A stretch of DNA of 64,000 nt from Lytechinus pictus (Eukaryota): positions 40,178,001-40,242,000 of the forward strand of contig NC_087251.1 of NCBI RefSeq assembly GCF_037042905.1, in the 5' to 3' direction. Below the pieces are notes generated by a model that worked only from the letters and a program-made list of their open reading frames with translations, searched no databases and was not told the origin of the DNA. The translations under genes were made by a program, and so were the position numbers. Shown here one piece after another: positions 1 through 13,069 of this stretch (position 1 is the stretch's first letter; each line of letters opens with the position of its first letter).

Positions 1-205
1 AATAGAAAGAAAACAAAAGAAAGGAAGAGGGGAAGGGAGAGGGAAAGAAAAATGGAAAGAGCGAGAAAAGAGTAGGGGAGGGAGAAAGGAAAGAAAAGAA
101 GGGAAAGGAAAAGCGAAAAAGGGAAGGGAAAGGGAGAGAAGAAAAGAAGGGAGAACGAAAATGGGGAAAGGGAGAAGGAGAGGGGATAATGAAGGGGATA
201 GGAAA
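1..205. repeat. Purine-rich (GA/GGA) low-complexity tract
   Basis: Almost only A/G; similar tracts at 59130-59310 and 60175-60360. Confidence 0.8.
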
Positions 206-1035
206 ATGTCAAGTTTGAAGATCTGAATATTAACACTAAAACAAAATTAGACTCCCATGTTTTATTTATAAAAATACAATCTTTTTCATGATTATAAAGG
301 TTCAACGTCCCTGTTCTAGGTCTAAACTTCAACATAAATCTACTGGCGCTTCGCGCTTGAATTCTGGAGGTCATTCCTCTTTTAAAAGTATAGGTAATCT
401 GTCGGACTTTTCAAATCCCAAATTTAAATCTTAAGCGCAAATGCCCTCGCATTATTTTTCATTTAGATACAGTCCTGTCATCAATATCAAAAACTCTAAG
501 CGCGAGCTTCGCGCTGGCATCATTTTTGTAAGTGACATTTATGATGTTGTTCATATTTTAAAAATGTCCATTTGTTGAGGTTTAAATGTCCAAAAGTTCA
601 GCGCTCGCATAATTTGTAAGGTAAATAGACCTACCCTTTTAATTGTTATACAACGTCCAGAATGCAGTTCGGAATATTGAAAATAACTATTGGTCCCGCT
701 ATTTCTGCCCGTGCGACAAGCATTTATCATTTTGAATCATGAGATTCACCTTTAAAATATGATGAAAAAGTATCGTTAAGACTGAATTAAGAAAAAAAGA
801 AGCTCACGTTTCACGCTCGCATTTTAATTGATCCGTTAGCTTGTGATAATAATGGTGACTTCGTTAATATATCTTAGCGGACATGTCCACCTTTTGGTGC
901 TTCAAGAAAAATAAACACAACACACAAATAATAATAGAAAACGAACAAGAATAGAATAGATAGTTACCTATCCCACTCATGAATTCTTATTTAACAGTCC
1001 CCAAAACGTATTTTTTTTCGTGTTAGCTTATTTCA

Positions 1036-1048
1036 TATACATATATAT

Positions 1049-1081
<33 letters not shown>

Positions 1082-1102
1082 TATAGGCGTAAATAAATCA
1101 AG

Positions 1103-1177
<75 letters not shown>
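1036..1177. repeat. (TA)n microsatellites
   Basis: Two long TA runs seen directly. Confidence 0.95.
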
Positions 1178-1179
<2 letters not shown>

Positions 1180-2661
1180 TCTCCTCATCATGGTTATAAA
1201 AAGTGCTCAGAATGTTTTATTTTCAAGTCCTTGTATCAGAATTTTCAGCTCGGGCAGCTCTATCGCATTTTGATTACTATCCTGTTGATTTATTTACTTG
1301 AACAAAATATTTAAAATGTCCAGCTTTTAGAACAGATATCAAAAAAAGGTATTCACCTTTGATCATAGATGAGGAAGAAGAAAAAAGTGAAAAAAAATAG
1401 GAAACAAACTAACGAATTAATGTGACATAATTTTTCTTCATTTCAAGGCGACTCTTTACATTTCATCATCGCTGATGGCGCTACAATAGAAAATACCGCT
1501 TGACAGCAAAAAAAAAAAACAGAAAGAGGAAAATAATGCTGAGCGTCTAAAATGCAGCTAGCAGTACAAGCTGCAGAACCGTAAACAAACATCTTGTGAA
1601 TAATATCGCGCGCCCTCTTTAAGCAAAAGTTTACAACCACAATTACCCTGCGGTATCTACGTGAAGATCACGAGAAAATGCATTTTTTTTCTTAAAAACA
1701 CACCAAAGAGAAGACAAGAAACGATCCATATGGTTCGGTAAGTGTCATAGCACAATTAGAAACATTATTTTAAAAGGAATGGCTTAGTTATTTTAGTAAA
1801 AAGGGTGTGAAAAATTTGCGTGCACCATGTGCATATGAATCCTTCGCACGCGAGATGCATTGATCCCATGAGTGATATTGAGGTATGATCGATTACAATT
1901 TTTTTCTCGAGCATGGCCTATATCACGAGTATGCCCGGAAAAGTGTCAAGACGTCAATGATGAAGAAGTATATGACAGTATATAAAAAATCATCATCATT
2001 GCGTCCTCAAGACTACGTGCCAACAACAGTGATACTGAATGTAGAAAACAGTACACAGACTTACATATGTGGGACACATGCAGGAATTACTCTCAGAAAG
2101 CTGGCGAAATCCAGGCCAAATCACAGTTTGCAGATACATAATAGAATTTAGGGAGAAGAATAATAACTGTTCTATGGAAATATGTAACTTTTTACCGCTG
2201 CCACCATGTTTCAAGTTATATTATGAGTCAGAAACAAACAGAATTACAGCTTCTGTATACACTGCTGGCTAGCGACCGACGGGTTTCCATTCTCGGCCGT
2301 TCTCTGATTGGTCAGTTAAGACAGTACGGTGTCTGTGTGTTCCGTGTGTGTGTATGTGTGATGCGAAGCGTGCTGTACATGTGTTCACTGGATTTGGGGG
2401 CATAGAATAGATACCCAGTCGTTTTATTGATTTTAACCTTACAATTAATAACAACGATCAGGGATATTTTGTTGCTGTGTGTGCATGTGAAGGATAGAAG
2501 TTTCTTACAGCTCTTAATTAATTGACTCTCTTTCCAAGCTTAATATTTAAATAATTGCTAAATTCCAAGTTTTTCGAAAGAGTCTTTTATTTTTTCCTCA
2601 GTCTATTAATTCTCCATTACATCAATTAAAGAGAGTATTATACAAAACAATGTCCACTGTA

Positions 2662-4365
2662 CATGCATGGAAACCTGCCGTTCAATTTACTATATGTTTC
2701 AGTGTATAATGAAAATGGAAACATGCCGGTCAATTGACCAGTATATATGAAAATGGAAACATGCCGGTCAGTTTACCATGTATTTCACTGTATAATGAAA
2801 ATGGAAACATGCCGGTCAATTGACTGGTATGAATGGAAACATGCCGGTCAGTTTACCATGTTTCACTGTATAATGAAAATGGAAACATGCCGGTCAATTT
2901 ACTATATATTTCAGTGTATAATGAAAATGGAAACATGCCGGTCAATTGACCAGTATAATATGAAAATGGAAACATGCCGGTCAGTTTACCATGTATTTCA
3001 CTGTATAATGAAAATGGAAACATGCCGGTCAATGACCGGTATGAATGGAAACATGCCGGTCAGTTTATCCATGTTTCACTGTATAATGAAAATGGAAACA
3101 TGACGGTCAATTGACTATATGTTTCAGTGTATAATTAAACTGGAAACATGCCGGTCAATTGACTATATGTTTCAGTGTATAATTAAACTGGAAACATGCC
3201 GGTCAATTGACCAGTGTATAATGAAATGGAAACATGCCGGTCAGTTTACCATATGTTTCAGTGACGGTATAATGGAAATGGAAACATGCTGGTCAATTGA
3301 CCAGTATAATATGAAAATGGAAACATGCCGGTCAGTTTACCATATATTTCACTGTACATGTATAATGAAAATGGAAACATGCCGGTCAAATTGACCGGTA
3401 TGAAAATGGAAACATGCCGGTCATGCAGTTTACCATATGTTTCACTGTGAAACTGGAAACATGCCGGTCGATTGACCGGTATATATGAAAATGGAAACAT
3501 GCCGGTCAATTGACCATATCATGTTTCAGTGTATAATGAAACTGGAAACATGCCGGTCAATTGACCAGTGTATAATGAAATGGAAACATGCCGGTCAATT
3601 GACTATAATGAAACTGGAAACATGCCGGTCAATTGACCAGTGTAATTATGAAATGGAAACATGCCGGTCAATTGACTATACGTTTCAGTGTATAATGAAA
3701 ATGGAAACATGCCGGTCAATTGGCTATGTGTTTCAGTATAATGAAAATGGAAACATGCCAGTCAATTGACCAGTATAATATGAAAATGGAAACATGCCGG
3801 TCAGTTTACCATATATTTCACTGTACATGTATAATGAAAATGGAAACATGCCGGTCATGCAGTTTACCATATGTTTCACTGTGAAAATGGAAACATGCCG
3901 GTCAATTGACCAGTATATAATGGAAACATGCCGGTCAGTTTACCGTATTTTTCAGTGTATAATGAAACTGGAAACATGCCGGTCGATTGACCGGTATATA
4001 TGAAAATGGAAACATGTCGGTCAATTGACCATATCATGTTTCAGTGTATAATGAAACTGGAAACATGCCGGTCAATTGACCAGTGTATAATGAAATGGAA
4101 ACATGCCGGTCAATTGACTATAATGAAACTGGAAACATGCCGGTCAATTGACCAGTGTAATGAAATGGAAACATGCCGGTCAATTGACTATACGTTTCAG
4201 TGTATAATGAAAATGGAAACATGCCGGTCAATTGGCTATGTGTTTCAGTATAATGAAAATGGAAACATGCCAGTCAATTGACCAGTATAATATGAAAATG
4301 GAAACATGCCAGTCAGTTTACCATATATTTCACTGTATAATGAGAATGGAAACATGCCGGTCAAT
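2662..4365 (+). repeat. Left-arm tandem array of the foldback element (~40 units of ~30-50 bp, core ggaaacatgccggtca)
   Basis: Recurrent aatggaaacatgccggtcaattgac / ggtcagtttacc units; explains the repetitive METCRS pseudo-ORFs. Confidence 0.95.
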
Positions 4366-5259
4366 TCTGTTCATTTTCTCTCTCTTTTTTGTTTCTCTCT
4401 TTCTCTCATTGTCTATCTACATGAGACGCATGGGGATTTTTTTTTAACTTTTTAATTTGATTTGATTTATTTATTTCCGTTTCACAATTTTATATTCTTT
4501 GAAAAACAGAAAGTGACAAGAACGTTTTTCATCAGCCAGCTGATGCATGTATTCATTAAGATTCCACATTATGAAAAAATGTGCAAATTGAAAATAGCAA
4601 TTTAACAGACAAATGAACTTCATATTCTTTCAATTTATTCAATAAATTTTGTTTGTTTTATTTATTCACCATGCAACACAAAAATAAAACGTCAGAAATA
4701 GTATACATAGATATGATACAAAGGAGGGGCTGCACATAAACAAAATATGTCAAGTGCAGATAGCATCATAGCTACTTAAATAATTCGAACTCAAACCATA
4801 TTGGCTCTCTATACAAGCATTCATTAAAAACTCCAAAAATAATGCATGTATATATCATCTTGAATAAAATTTCAAAAACATGCATAAACTATATCTCAAA
4901 GAGGAAAAGTATACTAAAAATCATCATTTGCAGTATTCTCAGATAAATAAATCCATACAAATTTCATATTTTTATGATGAATTGGGGAGTGTTAAGGGAA
5001 GGGGGGCATCATGCCCCAGCTAGCCCATGCAGTTTGGGGTTAAGCAAGTGTAAATTTATTTTCAGTAATTAATACCCATTTGATTGCTTTGACAAATTAT
5101 TAGATATCTTTCAATAAAATGACAAATACATATTTTTCCACATTTTCAACGACGTGTATTGTAAAATCAGAACAGCTTCCGATAGAAAAATCACTTAATT
5201 CGCTTACTTTGGACGTATATTGCATTGCAATTAGTAATCCATATATATGTCCCATTTAA

Positions 5260-5860
5260 AGGGATGGTCGATCCAAGCTGGGAATATTTATATCTCAATG
5301 AATAGAGTAAAATTCATAGAGCACAATGCTGAAAATTTGATCAAATTTCGGATAATAAATAACAAAGTTATTTAATTCTAAATATATGTGCATTATATTC
5401 CAGTGAAACAGTTCTATAGGCAGTGACTTTTTATGAATATTCATTAGGTGGGCCGATGATGTCACATCCCCACTGCTTGTTCTTTTGTATTTTAATGAAA
5501 TTAGGTTAAGTCAAAACATTTTTACCAAATTAAGAACTAAAACAATGGGATTTACTGATTACGTACGTGCATTAGTTATTACAATTGCCGCAACTTATTT
5601 CATATTATGGATCGAGACACATATCATTTACACTGTATGAAAAAATGAAACATTTATGACTTCATGTAATGGAAAGTGGGGATTTGACATCATTAGCCCA
5701 CTAATATTCATGACGGTGCGCATAACTGTTTTTACAAAATATTGATAAACTTCAAAATTTTTAAATTCAATAACTTCGATCCTTATTTATGTTATCCGTG
5801 GATTTTGATGAAATTTTCAACATTTTGCTCGGTGAATTTTATTATATTTATTTAATAACA
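5260..5860 (+). mobile_element. Degenerate Kolobok-like MITE inside the foldback spacer
   Basis: Starts ttaa|agggatgg; internal blocks (tgctgaaaattt, gatgtcacatcc, gattttgatgaaattttc) resemble the 20321-20896 family; right end eroded. Confidence 0.55.
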
Positions 5861-6404
5861 ATATCAAAGTAAAGTGGAGGTTCCAGTCTGCAATCTACTT
5901 CCCTGTTGAGACTCCTCCTGTACACAAAAATATAAGTAAATGAAAAAAATAATAAGCAAAAACATTCCGAATTAAACCTTTCTTTAAATATAGCTAGGGA
6001 ACAGCGAGGTGTTTAGAGGGTATACATTCTATGATATCCATCTATATAAGAAGGCAAATTACTCTTAAATACTAGAAGTCCCTGATAAAATATGCTTTCT
6101 CCAATACCCCCCCCCCCCCGATAATACCCTAACACAATAATGGTGTGTTAATCCCTTGTTCCGTATTGATTTTGAATTTATAGTCAGAGTCTCATGAGAA
6201 TTAAAAAGGGGATTACAGCGTGGAAGTTCCTTTTGATTAGTCCATATGGATAGTAATTAAGTCCCTTGAATAGTAAACTTGTCAGACATATCCTGCCATA
6301 ATCAACAAGTACAGTCAATATAAAAAAAAACTTCCAACTATATGCTTTACAGGCAACCCAAACGTCCACTCAAATCACTGATATTTTGTAATGAAACTTG
6401 TTGA

Positions 6405-7250
6405 CAGGCATATGTTTCCATTTTCATTATACAGTGAAATATATATGGTAAACTGACCGGAATGGGCCGGCATGCATGTTTCCATTTTCATATTACACTG
6501 GTCAATTGACCAGCATGTTTCCATTTTCATATATACCGGTCAATTAATTGACCGGCATGTTTCCATTTTCATTATACAGTGAAACATATATGGTCAATTG
6601 ACCGGCATGTTTCCAGCTTCATTATACACTAAAAACATATAGTAAATTGACCGGCATGTTTCCATTTTCATATATACCGGTCAATTGACCGGCATGTTTC
6701 CATTTTCATTATACACTGAAACATATATGGTCTTGACCGGCATGTTTCCATTTTAATTATACTCTGGTCAATTGACCGGCATGTTTTCATTTTCATTATA
6801 CACTGGTCAATTGACCAGCATGTTTCCAGTTTCATTATACACTAAAACATATGCAATTGACCGGCATGTTTCCAGCTTCATTATACACTGAAACATATAG
6901 TCAATTGACCGGCATGCTTCCATTTTCATTATACAGTGTAACATGGTAAACTAGCTGACCGGCATGTTTCCATTTTCATACCTGTCAATTGACCGGCATG
7001 TTTCCATTTTCATATTACTGGTCAACTGACCGGCATGTTTCCATTTTCATAGTACCGGTTAATTAACCGGCATGTTTCCATTTTCATATTATACCGGTTA
7101 ATTGACCGGCATGTTTCCATTTTCATTATACACTGAAACATATGGTAAACTGACCGGCATGTTTCCATTTTCATATTATACTGGTCAATTGACTAGCATG
7201 TTTCCATTTTTATAATACACTGTCCATGACCGGCATGATTCCATTTTCAT
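6405..7250 (-). repeat. Right-arm tandem array of the foldback element (~20 units, inverted)
   Basis: Units tgaccggcatgtttccattttc are the reverse complement of the left-arm unit. Confidence 0.95.
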
Positions 7251-8713
7251 TACAGTGGACATTCTATAATGTAATGAAACACTAGTGAAGACTCTTTAAT
7301 TGATATGTAATGGGAGAATTATCTAAAACAAACAAATCAAATAATTGGAATTTAGCAATTATCATTATAATTTTAAGCTTGGAAAGAGAGTCAGTTAATT
7401 AAGAGCTGTAAGAAACTTCTATCCTTCACATGCACACACAGCAACAAAATAAACCCATCCCTAGCTGACTCATCGTTGTTATTGTAAGGTTAAAATCAAG
7501 AAAACGACTGGGTTTCTACTCTATGCCCACACGTCCAGAGAATACATGTACAGCCACAGTTTGTGTACAGCACGCTTCGCATCACACATACATGCACACG
7601 TACATGCACACGGAACGCACAGTCTTAACTGACCAATCAGAGAACGGCTGAGAATGGAAACCCGTCGGTCGCTAGCCAGCAGTCTGTATACGGTCGAGAG
7701 AGTAGCATTTAATAAGTAACGTTTGTAGCGCCCTCTTTTGGCAGGATCATTACATGCTCCTCAAATCTCATAGACATTTTATTTATTTATTTATTCATTT
7801 CATTTCCAGGCAAAAGAAAACAAGAATATGTACAATAGGAATAAATTACCACCGACTAGTGCCTAAAAGACAAACTAGTTTCTGTTATGAAGCTCTCCTC
7901 ACTAGTCGGGGTTTACAAATATACAAAAATAAAATCGGTATAAAATGGCAATATGTATGTTTAGAAGCATTACTTATAAAGGGTGTTTAATTGTTTCCAT
8001 GTGCAATTATAATATCCAGTCAATATGAAGTGTTCATGTATTTAAATAAACAACGTTATGCTATTATCAGATAGTAAAGCCTGAGGATATGGAGTTGCAT
8101 ATATTGTGAGAAATTAAATGTTACCATAATCAGAGAATACGCAAATAGTCAAACGTGACAATAATGATCATGCTACAAAGTAACACAACAGTAAAAATAT
8201 AGTATCAAAATAATTGTCAGATGCATGTATACAATATTTAGAGAGAGAGAAAGAGAGGTGGGGAGGGAGAGAAAAGAAGAAGAAGAAGGAAAAGAAGAAG
8301 AAGGAGAAGAAAGAGTTTAGAGAACTGGGGTAGAATGAATAGAAAGAGGGGCAATAAAAGAGACAAAGCATGACATACAAAAATGCAAATTCTACTACAA
8401 TGAATACAGTTGATAAACTAGCATATAGGAATAAACAATATGAAAAGTACAAGAGCAAATAATTGCATAATAGTAATTAACAAATTGCATAACATAGGGC
8501 ACAATATTTAAGCTAAGAATATAAGGCCAAATACAAGGCCCTTTAGCCTGCACAGAGTGAGAAAAACAGAGAAAAGTAAGACGAATGAAGAAGGGGAAAG
8601 AGAGAGAAATTAGAGGTCTAAACGGAGACAAGACGAAAACAATACTCTGCATGTCTCATTAAAACGAATTTCAATTGGAGGCATGGAGAATAAGTGTTCA
8701 CGTAGAGCATTAA

Positions 8714-9299
8714 AGGAGAATGAAACTCTTGGAGCAAGTTAGCTTTTGTGAAAGCAGAAAAATCAAAGAATAAGATCAACAAAAGTTTGAGTAAAATGGG
8801 ACTAGCAATAGAAGAGTTATGAGCATTTGAATGTCGAGATCACTAATGCTATGGAGATCCTCATATTGGCAATGCGACAAAGATCTATGATGTCACAGAT
8901 GAACAACTCTCCCCTTTTGGACACTGGAAATATATACCCCAAAACATCTCTTTTTGCTCGTTCTAATCATATGACAAACAATTCATCAATGATATAATGT
9001 TGTGAAACCTCTGTACTTGTCCTCTCATAAAGAGAACACCTCACCTTCTGATAGACTCTATAAAAGTGAGAATATAAGTGAAATAAGTACTAAAGTAATG
9101 AGGGAGTTGTACGTGTGTGACATCACAGATCTTGGTCGCATTGCCAACGAGAGGATCTACATGGCATTAGTGATCTCAATATTCAAATGCTCATAACTTT
9201 CTTATTATTCATTCAATCTTCCTCAAACTTTCAACATTATGTTTCTTTGATTTTTCTCTTTGATATGGATTCAGCTGGTTTCAAGGGTTTCATTCTCCT
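8714..9299. mobile_element. Kolobok-like MITE (TTAA TSD, AGG...CCT ends)
   Basis: ttaa|aggagaatgaaac ... gtttcattctcct|ttaa; perfect 13-bp TIR plus internal inverted segments (gagatcactaatg / cattagtgatctc). Confidence 0.85.
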
Positions 9300-10189
9300 T
9301 TAAATGACAAAATTATAATGGACAGATGATGTATATTTATTATATGAGACATGATCTGCACAATGAGTATGGTCAAACTTTGTGTTCAGCAAATTTCCAA
9401 GTTTGATGGGTTTTCGTATGTTAGGCAATTACTGGCAGGATCATGCCAACAAAGACAACTACAAAGAAAACTGATACTAACAAAGAGAAATAGAATCGTA
9501 TAATTTTAAAGCAGTTCATCATTGTTGTACATAAACTTCATTGAATTGAATTGAATTGAATTGATAACTTTATTATCCCCTGACGGGAAATTTGCTTTTC
9601 ACTGGTGCATTACAAATACAAAATAATACTTACAAGGAAATGAAGTTTACAACTGAGATGACAAATATGAATACATCAACAAGTCAGCAGGAATAATAAA
9701 CTTAATTTAAACATAGGGTTTACAGGGTTTCATGTCCATTAACTTGATTTCAATTATTTGAGAACTGAATGCATTCCAAAGGGACCCCAAAACAACAACT
9801 CTTTAGTAAATAGCAAACCATTCAGGAGAAACAAATCAAATCAAGCAGCAATCAAAGCACAAAAGTAAATAAATAAAACAATTAGCATAATTACATAAAG
9901 AAGCTGGGAACTGTACTTCTGTAAAACACACGTAGGAATCAAATTACACAGACTGCTTCCTCAATTATGATCTCATTGAATATTTTAGGCTACAATACTA
10001 TTGACTTATTCATCCTGTCATAGATGTTTTTTGTTTAGAAAATCTTCCACGCGTGGAAACCATTCTCACTACCTTCCTAAAACTAGTTTACTGGAAACTA
10101 GTTTACTGGAAATTAGTTTAACGTGTAGTGAGAACGGTCGAAGCGATCTTGGTAGCGATCTTCCAAACCGGTTCAGAAAAGGAGTGACA

Positions 10190-11670
10190 GATACGTACAC
10201 CAAGGCAAAGATCTCTGATCTCTGAAGGGATAGATTCCCAGAATCTGGGGAAAGAAAAGAAACAAGAAAATTTCAGGGCATAACATCGTGCAAATTCATG
10301 GATGAAGAGTAACTTGTGAGAGTTCCGAGTTCTTGGCCTGGGTAAGATATGAGTAGGTATGTCGCAAGTTCTAATTAAACAACGATTTTACAACAAAGGC
10401 GGTAGATAGGTAGACCAGTCTGTTATAGCTCTATGGTTATACAATGGTGGGAGTTCTAAGCTGGGTAATCTTTCATCATAAGAGAGTGAATTTGCCTGAT
10501 CATAAGGAAAGCAGAAGCGTGTGAATCGACGTTGAACTGCTTCAAGAGAGGATATGTGTTTTTTTTGATGGGGTAGCCAGACTGGTATACCGTATTCAAT
10601 TATAGGCCGACAAAGTGAACAGAACAAACGTTTCAAAATGAAAGGATTTCTTGAATTCACTATCCTGCGGATGAATCCTGACAGTTTGGAACATTTAGAT
10701 ACAACAAGATTCACATGCTTTGACCATGTCAAATCATGCGAAAAGACCAATCCAAGGTATTTGTAAGAATCAACAACATCGAGAGCATGGTTACCATACA
10801 GCAAAGTATTGATCTGTAATAACCTTTCGAGATCTAGTGATGTGCATTATCTTACATTTCAACGCATTCAGTTCCATGGAATTATTATTGCACCAGAGGA
10901 TTATGGAGTCAAGGTCAGATTGGAGAACTTCTGTGTCATTCTGGGTACATATTGTACGATACAGCACTGTGTCGTCAGCATATTGGGGCAAGCAAGTACC
11001 TGCAGAAATTAAGTTGGGCATGTCTGCAGTAAACAAATAAAAAAGAATAGGCCCAATGACACTCCCCTGGGGGACTTCAGAGGTTACAGAACTCCAATCC
11101 GACTGACTACCTTGGAACAGAACACGCTGGACCCGGTTTGTAAGAAAAGAACAGATCCATTTCAAAGCATTCTGACATACCCCAAAACTATGTAGTTTAC
11201 GAATAAGTACCGAATGACTCACTTTATCGAACGCTTTCGACCAGTCTAGAAATATTGCATCTATATATACTCTCGGCGGTGAGGTGCGATCTAAAGTTTT
11301 TGCCCAAGTGTGAAACAGAATCGCGGCTTGCGTAGCACAAGACCGCTTAGGTAGAAACCCATGTTGAGTGTCAGGGATGATTTTATGGTCCAAAGAGAAA
11401 TCAATTAGTTTGCTCACTATAATCTTTTCAAGGAGTTTACATGGTACAGAAGTGAGTGAGATAGGTTGGTAATTTTTAATTGAAGACCGTTTGCCACTCT
11501 TATGCAGGGGGATATAACATGAGCAGCTTTCCAATCATTCGGTACAGTGCCTAGATTCAAACTGAGATTAAAAATGCGAGTTAGAATGGGGATAACTGAG
11601 TTACCGGCAAGTTTGAGAAATGCCAGGGAAACACCGTCTGGGCCAGGAGGTTTGGAAGGGCCATGTTTGG
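10190..11670 (-). mobile_element. 5'-truncated, frameshifted CR1/L2-group LINE reverse-transcriptase fragment
   Basis: ORFs 10791-11534 and 10388-10804 carry YQPISLTSVPCKLLE, QHGF, FLDWSKAFDKV, VPQGSVIGP, YADD, YKYLG and LEAVQRRFTR. PGPDG lies upstream near 11640 and a TRNSH...FWESIP C-terminus near 10230-10330. Confidence 0.9.
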
Positions 11671-11784
11671 AAATATGCAGATATTAATTGTAACACTATT
11701 TATAGGGTCCCTTAATCATTTTAATTTAAAATTACTTTGAATTTCTTTTGTGTGGTCCCACTGCCTAGCACCTGGAAATATGCT

Positions 11785-11995
11785 AACCCTCTGAAGACTT
11801 GTACAGATTTTATGTAATAGAATTTGCTGTGTATGATACTAGCATAGATCCCCATAGATCCCAAGAATTCTATGATTTTGAGGTCAGAAGGTCAAAAGTG
11901 AAGTTGTCACCTTCCAGTTTTCTTGCTTGACCAATAACTCCATTTTCCGTGTTACAGGCGGGCGTATCATGTGCTCGCCTTAGCGACACTCTTGC
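11785..11995 (-). mobile_element. Fragment of HINE-like family 2 (same family as 45706-46728 and 52982-53563)
   Basis: acaggcgggcgtatcatgtgctcg is the reverse complement of the family end cgagcacataatacgcccgcctgt; includes one partial core unit. Confidence 0.7.
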
Positions 11996-12249
11996 TCCTG
12001 TATGGATATATTGTATTTGATTCAATTGTTTTTTTTAAGAATTTATTGAAAATTAGAACTAGTAGAACTAGAAAGCATTGTTTTATTATTCAAGGGGAGT
12101 TCACCCTGATGAGTTGGTTTCCATACAAGCAGAAAAATAGAGAAAATTATTAGAGGTTAAAAAATTTAAGATGGGTTTCTAAATTGTTTTATATCACATG
12201 TGAGCAGCTACCCAATATATCATGTAATCTAAATGCTATAATATATATA

Positions 12250-12936
12250 ATACTGGTATAATCCCAAAGATCATTCAAGTGTGAACACAATCGATGTAGA
12301 AATGAGAGCGAGTTGACCTTTTGACCCCTATGTGACCTATATGACCCCATCATCCCCATGGACACACATGTGTTATTCCGGATCAACATAATCAATGTAG
12401 AAATTATAAAGAAATGAGAGCAAGCTAATTGACCTTTTGATCCATTGATGATCACTGACCCCATCGTCCTCATGGACACACGTGTGATATTACCCAAGGA
12501 ACATTTGTACCAAGTGTAGACAAAATTGATCTGGAAACGAAGAAATAATTGAAGTAGAAATAAAGATATGGGAGCAAGTTGATCTTTTTACACCTAGATG
12601 ACTTTTGACCCCATCATCCTGAGCAACAGAATTTGGTATTACCCAAGGATCATTTTTACCAAGTGTGAACATTATTGATGCAGGAATGGATGCAAATTGA
12701 ACAAAACCTTCAAAAAGGGGTGTACATGATATATTATTTGCCCTTTTGACCCCTAGATGACCTGTGACCCAATCATTTTCATAGGCTTATATGTGGTATT
12801 ACCAAAGGATCATATATACCAAGTATGAACATAATTGATGAAGAAATAAAGAAATAGGAGCAAGTTGAACAAAAACTAACATTTTCTAACAGACCAACAG
12901 GAAAAGTGATTAGTAACTTCGTCAGGCGAGACAAAA
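12250..12936. repeat. Degenerate tandem-repeat element (HINE-like), units with gagcaagttgaccttttgacccc
   Basis: About 4 diverged units ending in gtcaggcgagacaaaaa; a similar end occurs at 38860-38918. Confidence 0.55.
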
Positions 12937-13069
12937 ACAAGAAAGAGGTCCATTTTGTACATCTTTGGAAAAGAAGAGAAATATTTCATATTGTATGAAG
13001 GTATGAAACAAAATACAAAGAAAAGGTGAGGTTATGGTACAGTTATCACTTATTGCACATGTGAATATA

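Larger units (their letters stand above)
2261..7683. mobile_element. Foldback-type non-autonomous DNA transposon with long bipartite terminal inverted repeats
   Basis: Left end actgctggctagcgaccgacgggtttccattctc (2261) is the reverse complement of right end gagaatggaaacccgtcggtcgctagccagcagt (7683). Outer TIR homology runs ~400 bp (2261-2661 vs 7251-7683), followed by tandem arrays in opposite orientation. Direct repeat ctgtatac flanks it at 2253-2260 and 7684-7691. No transposase ORF. Confidence 0.9.

Noticed and set aside
1443..2454. Short ORFs at the window start
   Set aside because: No recognisable motifs; some overlap the foldback TIR.
2662..4365. CRISPR-like array or repetitive METCRS proteins
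   Set aside because: Spacers are themselves repeated variants, there are no cas genes, and the context is eukaryotic. The ORFs are by-products of the tandem unit.
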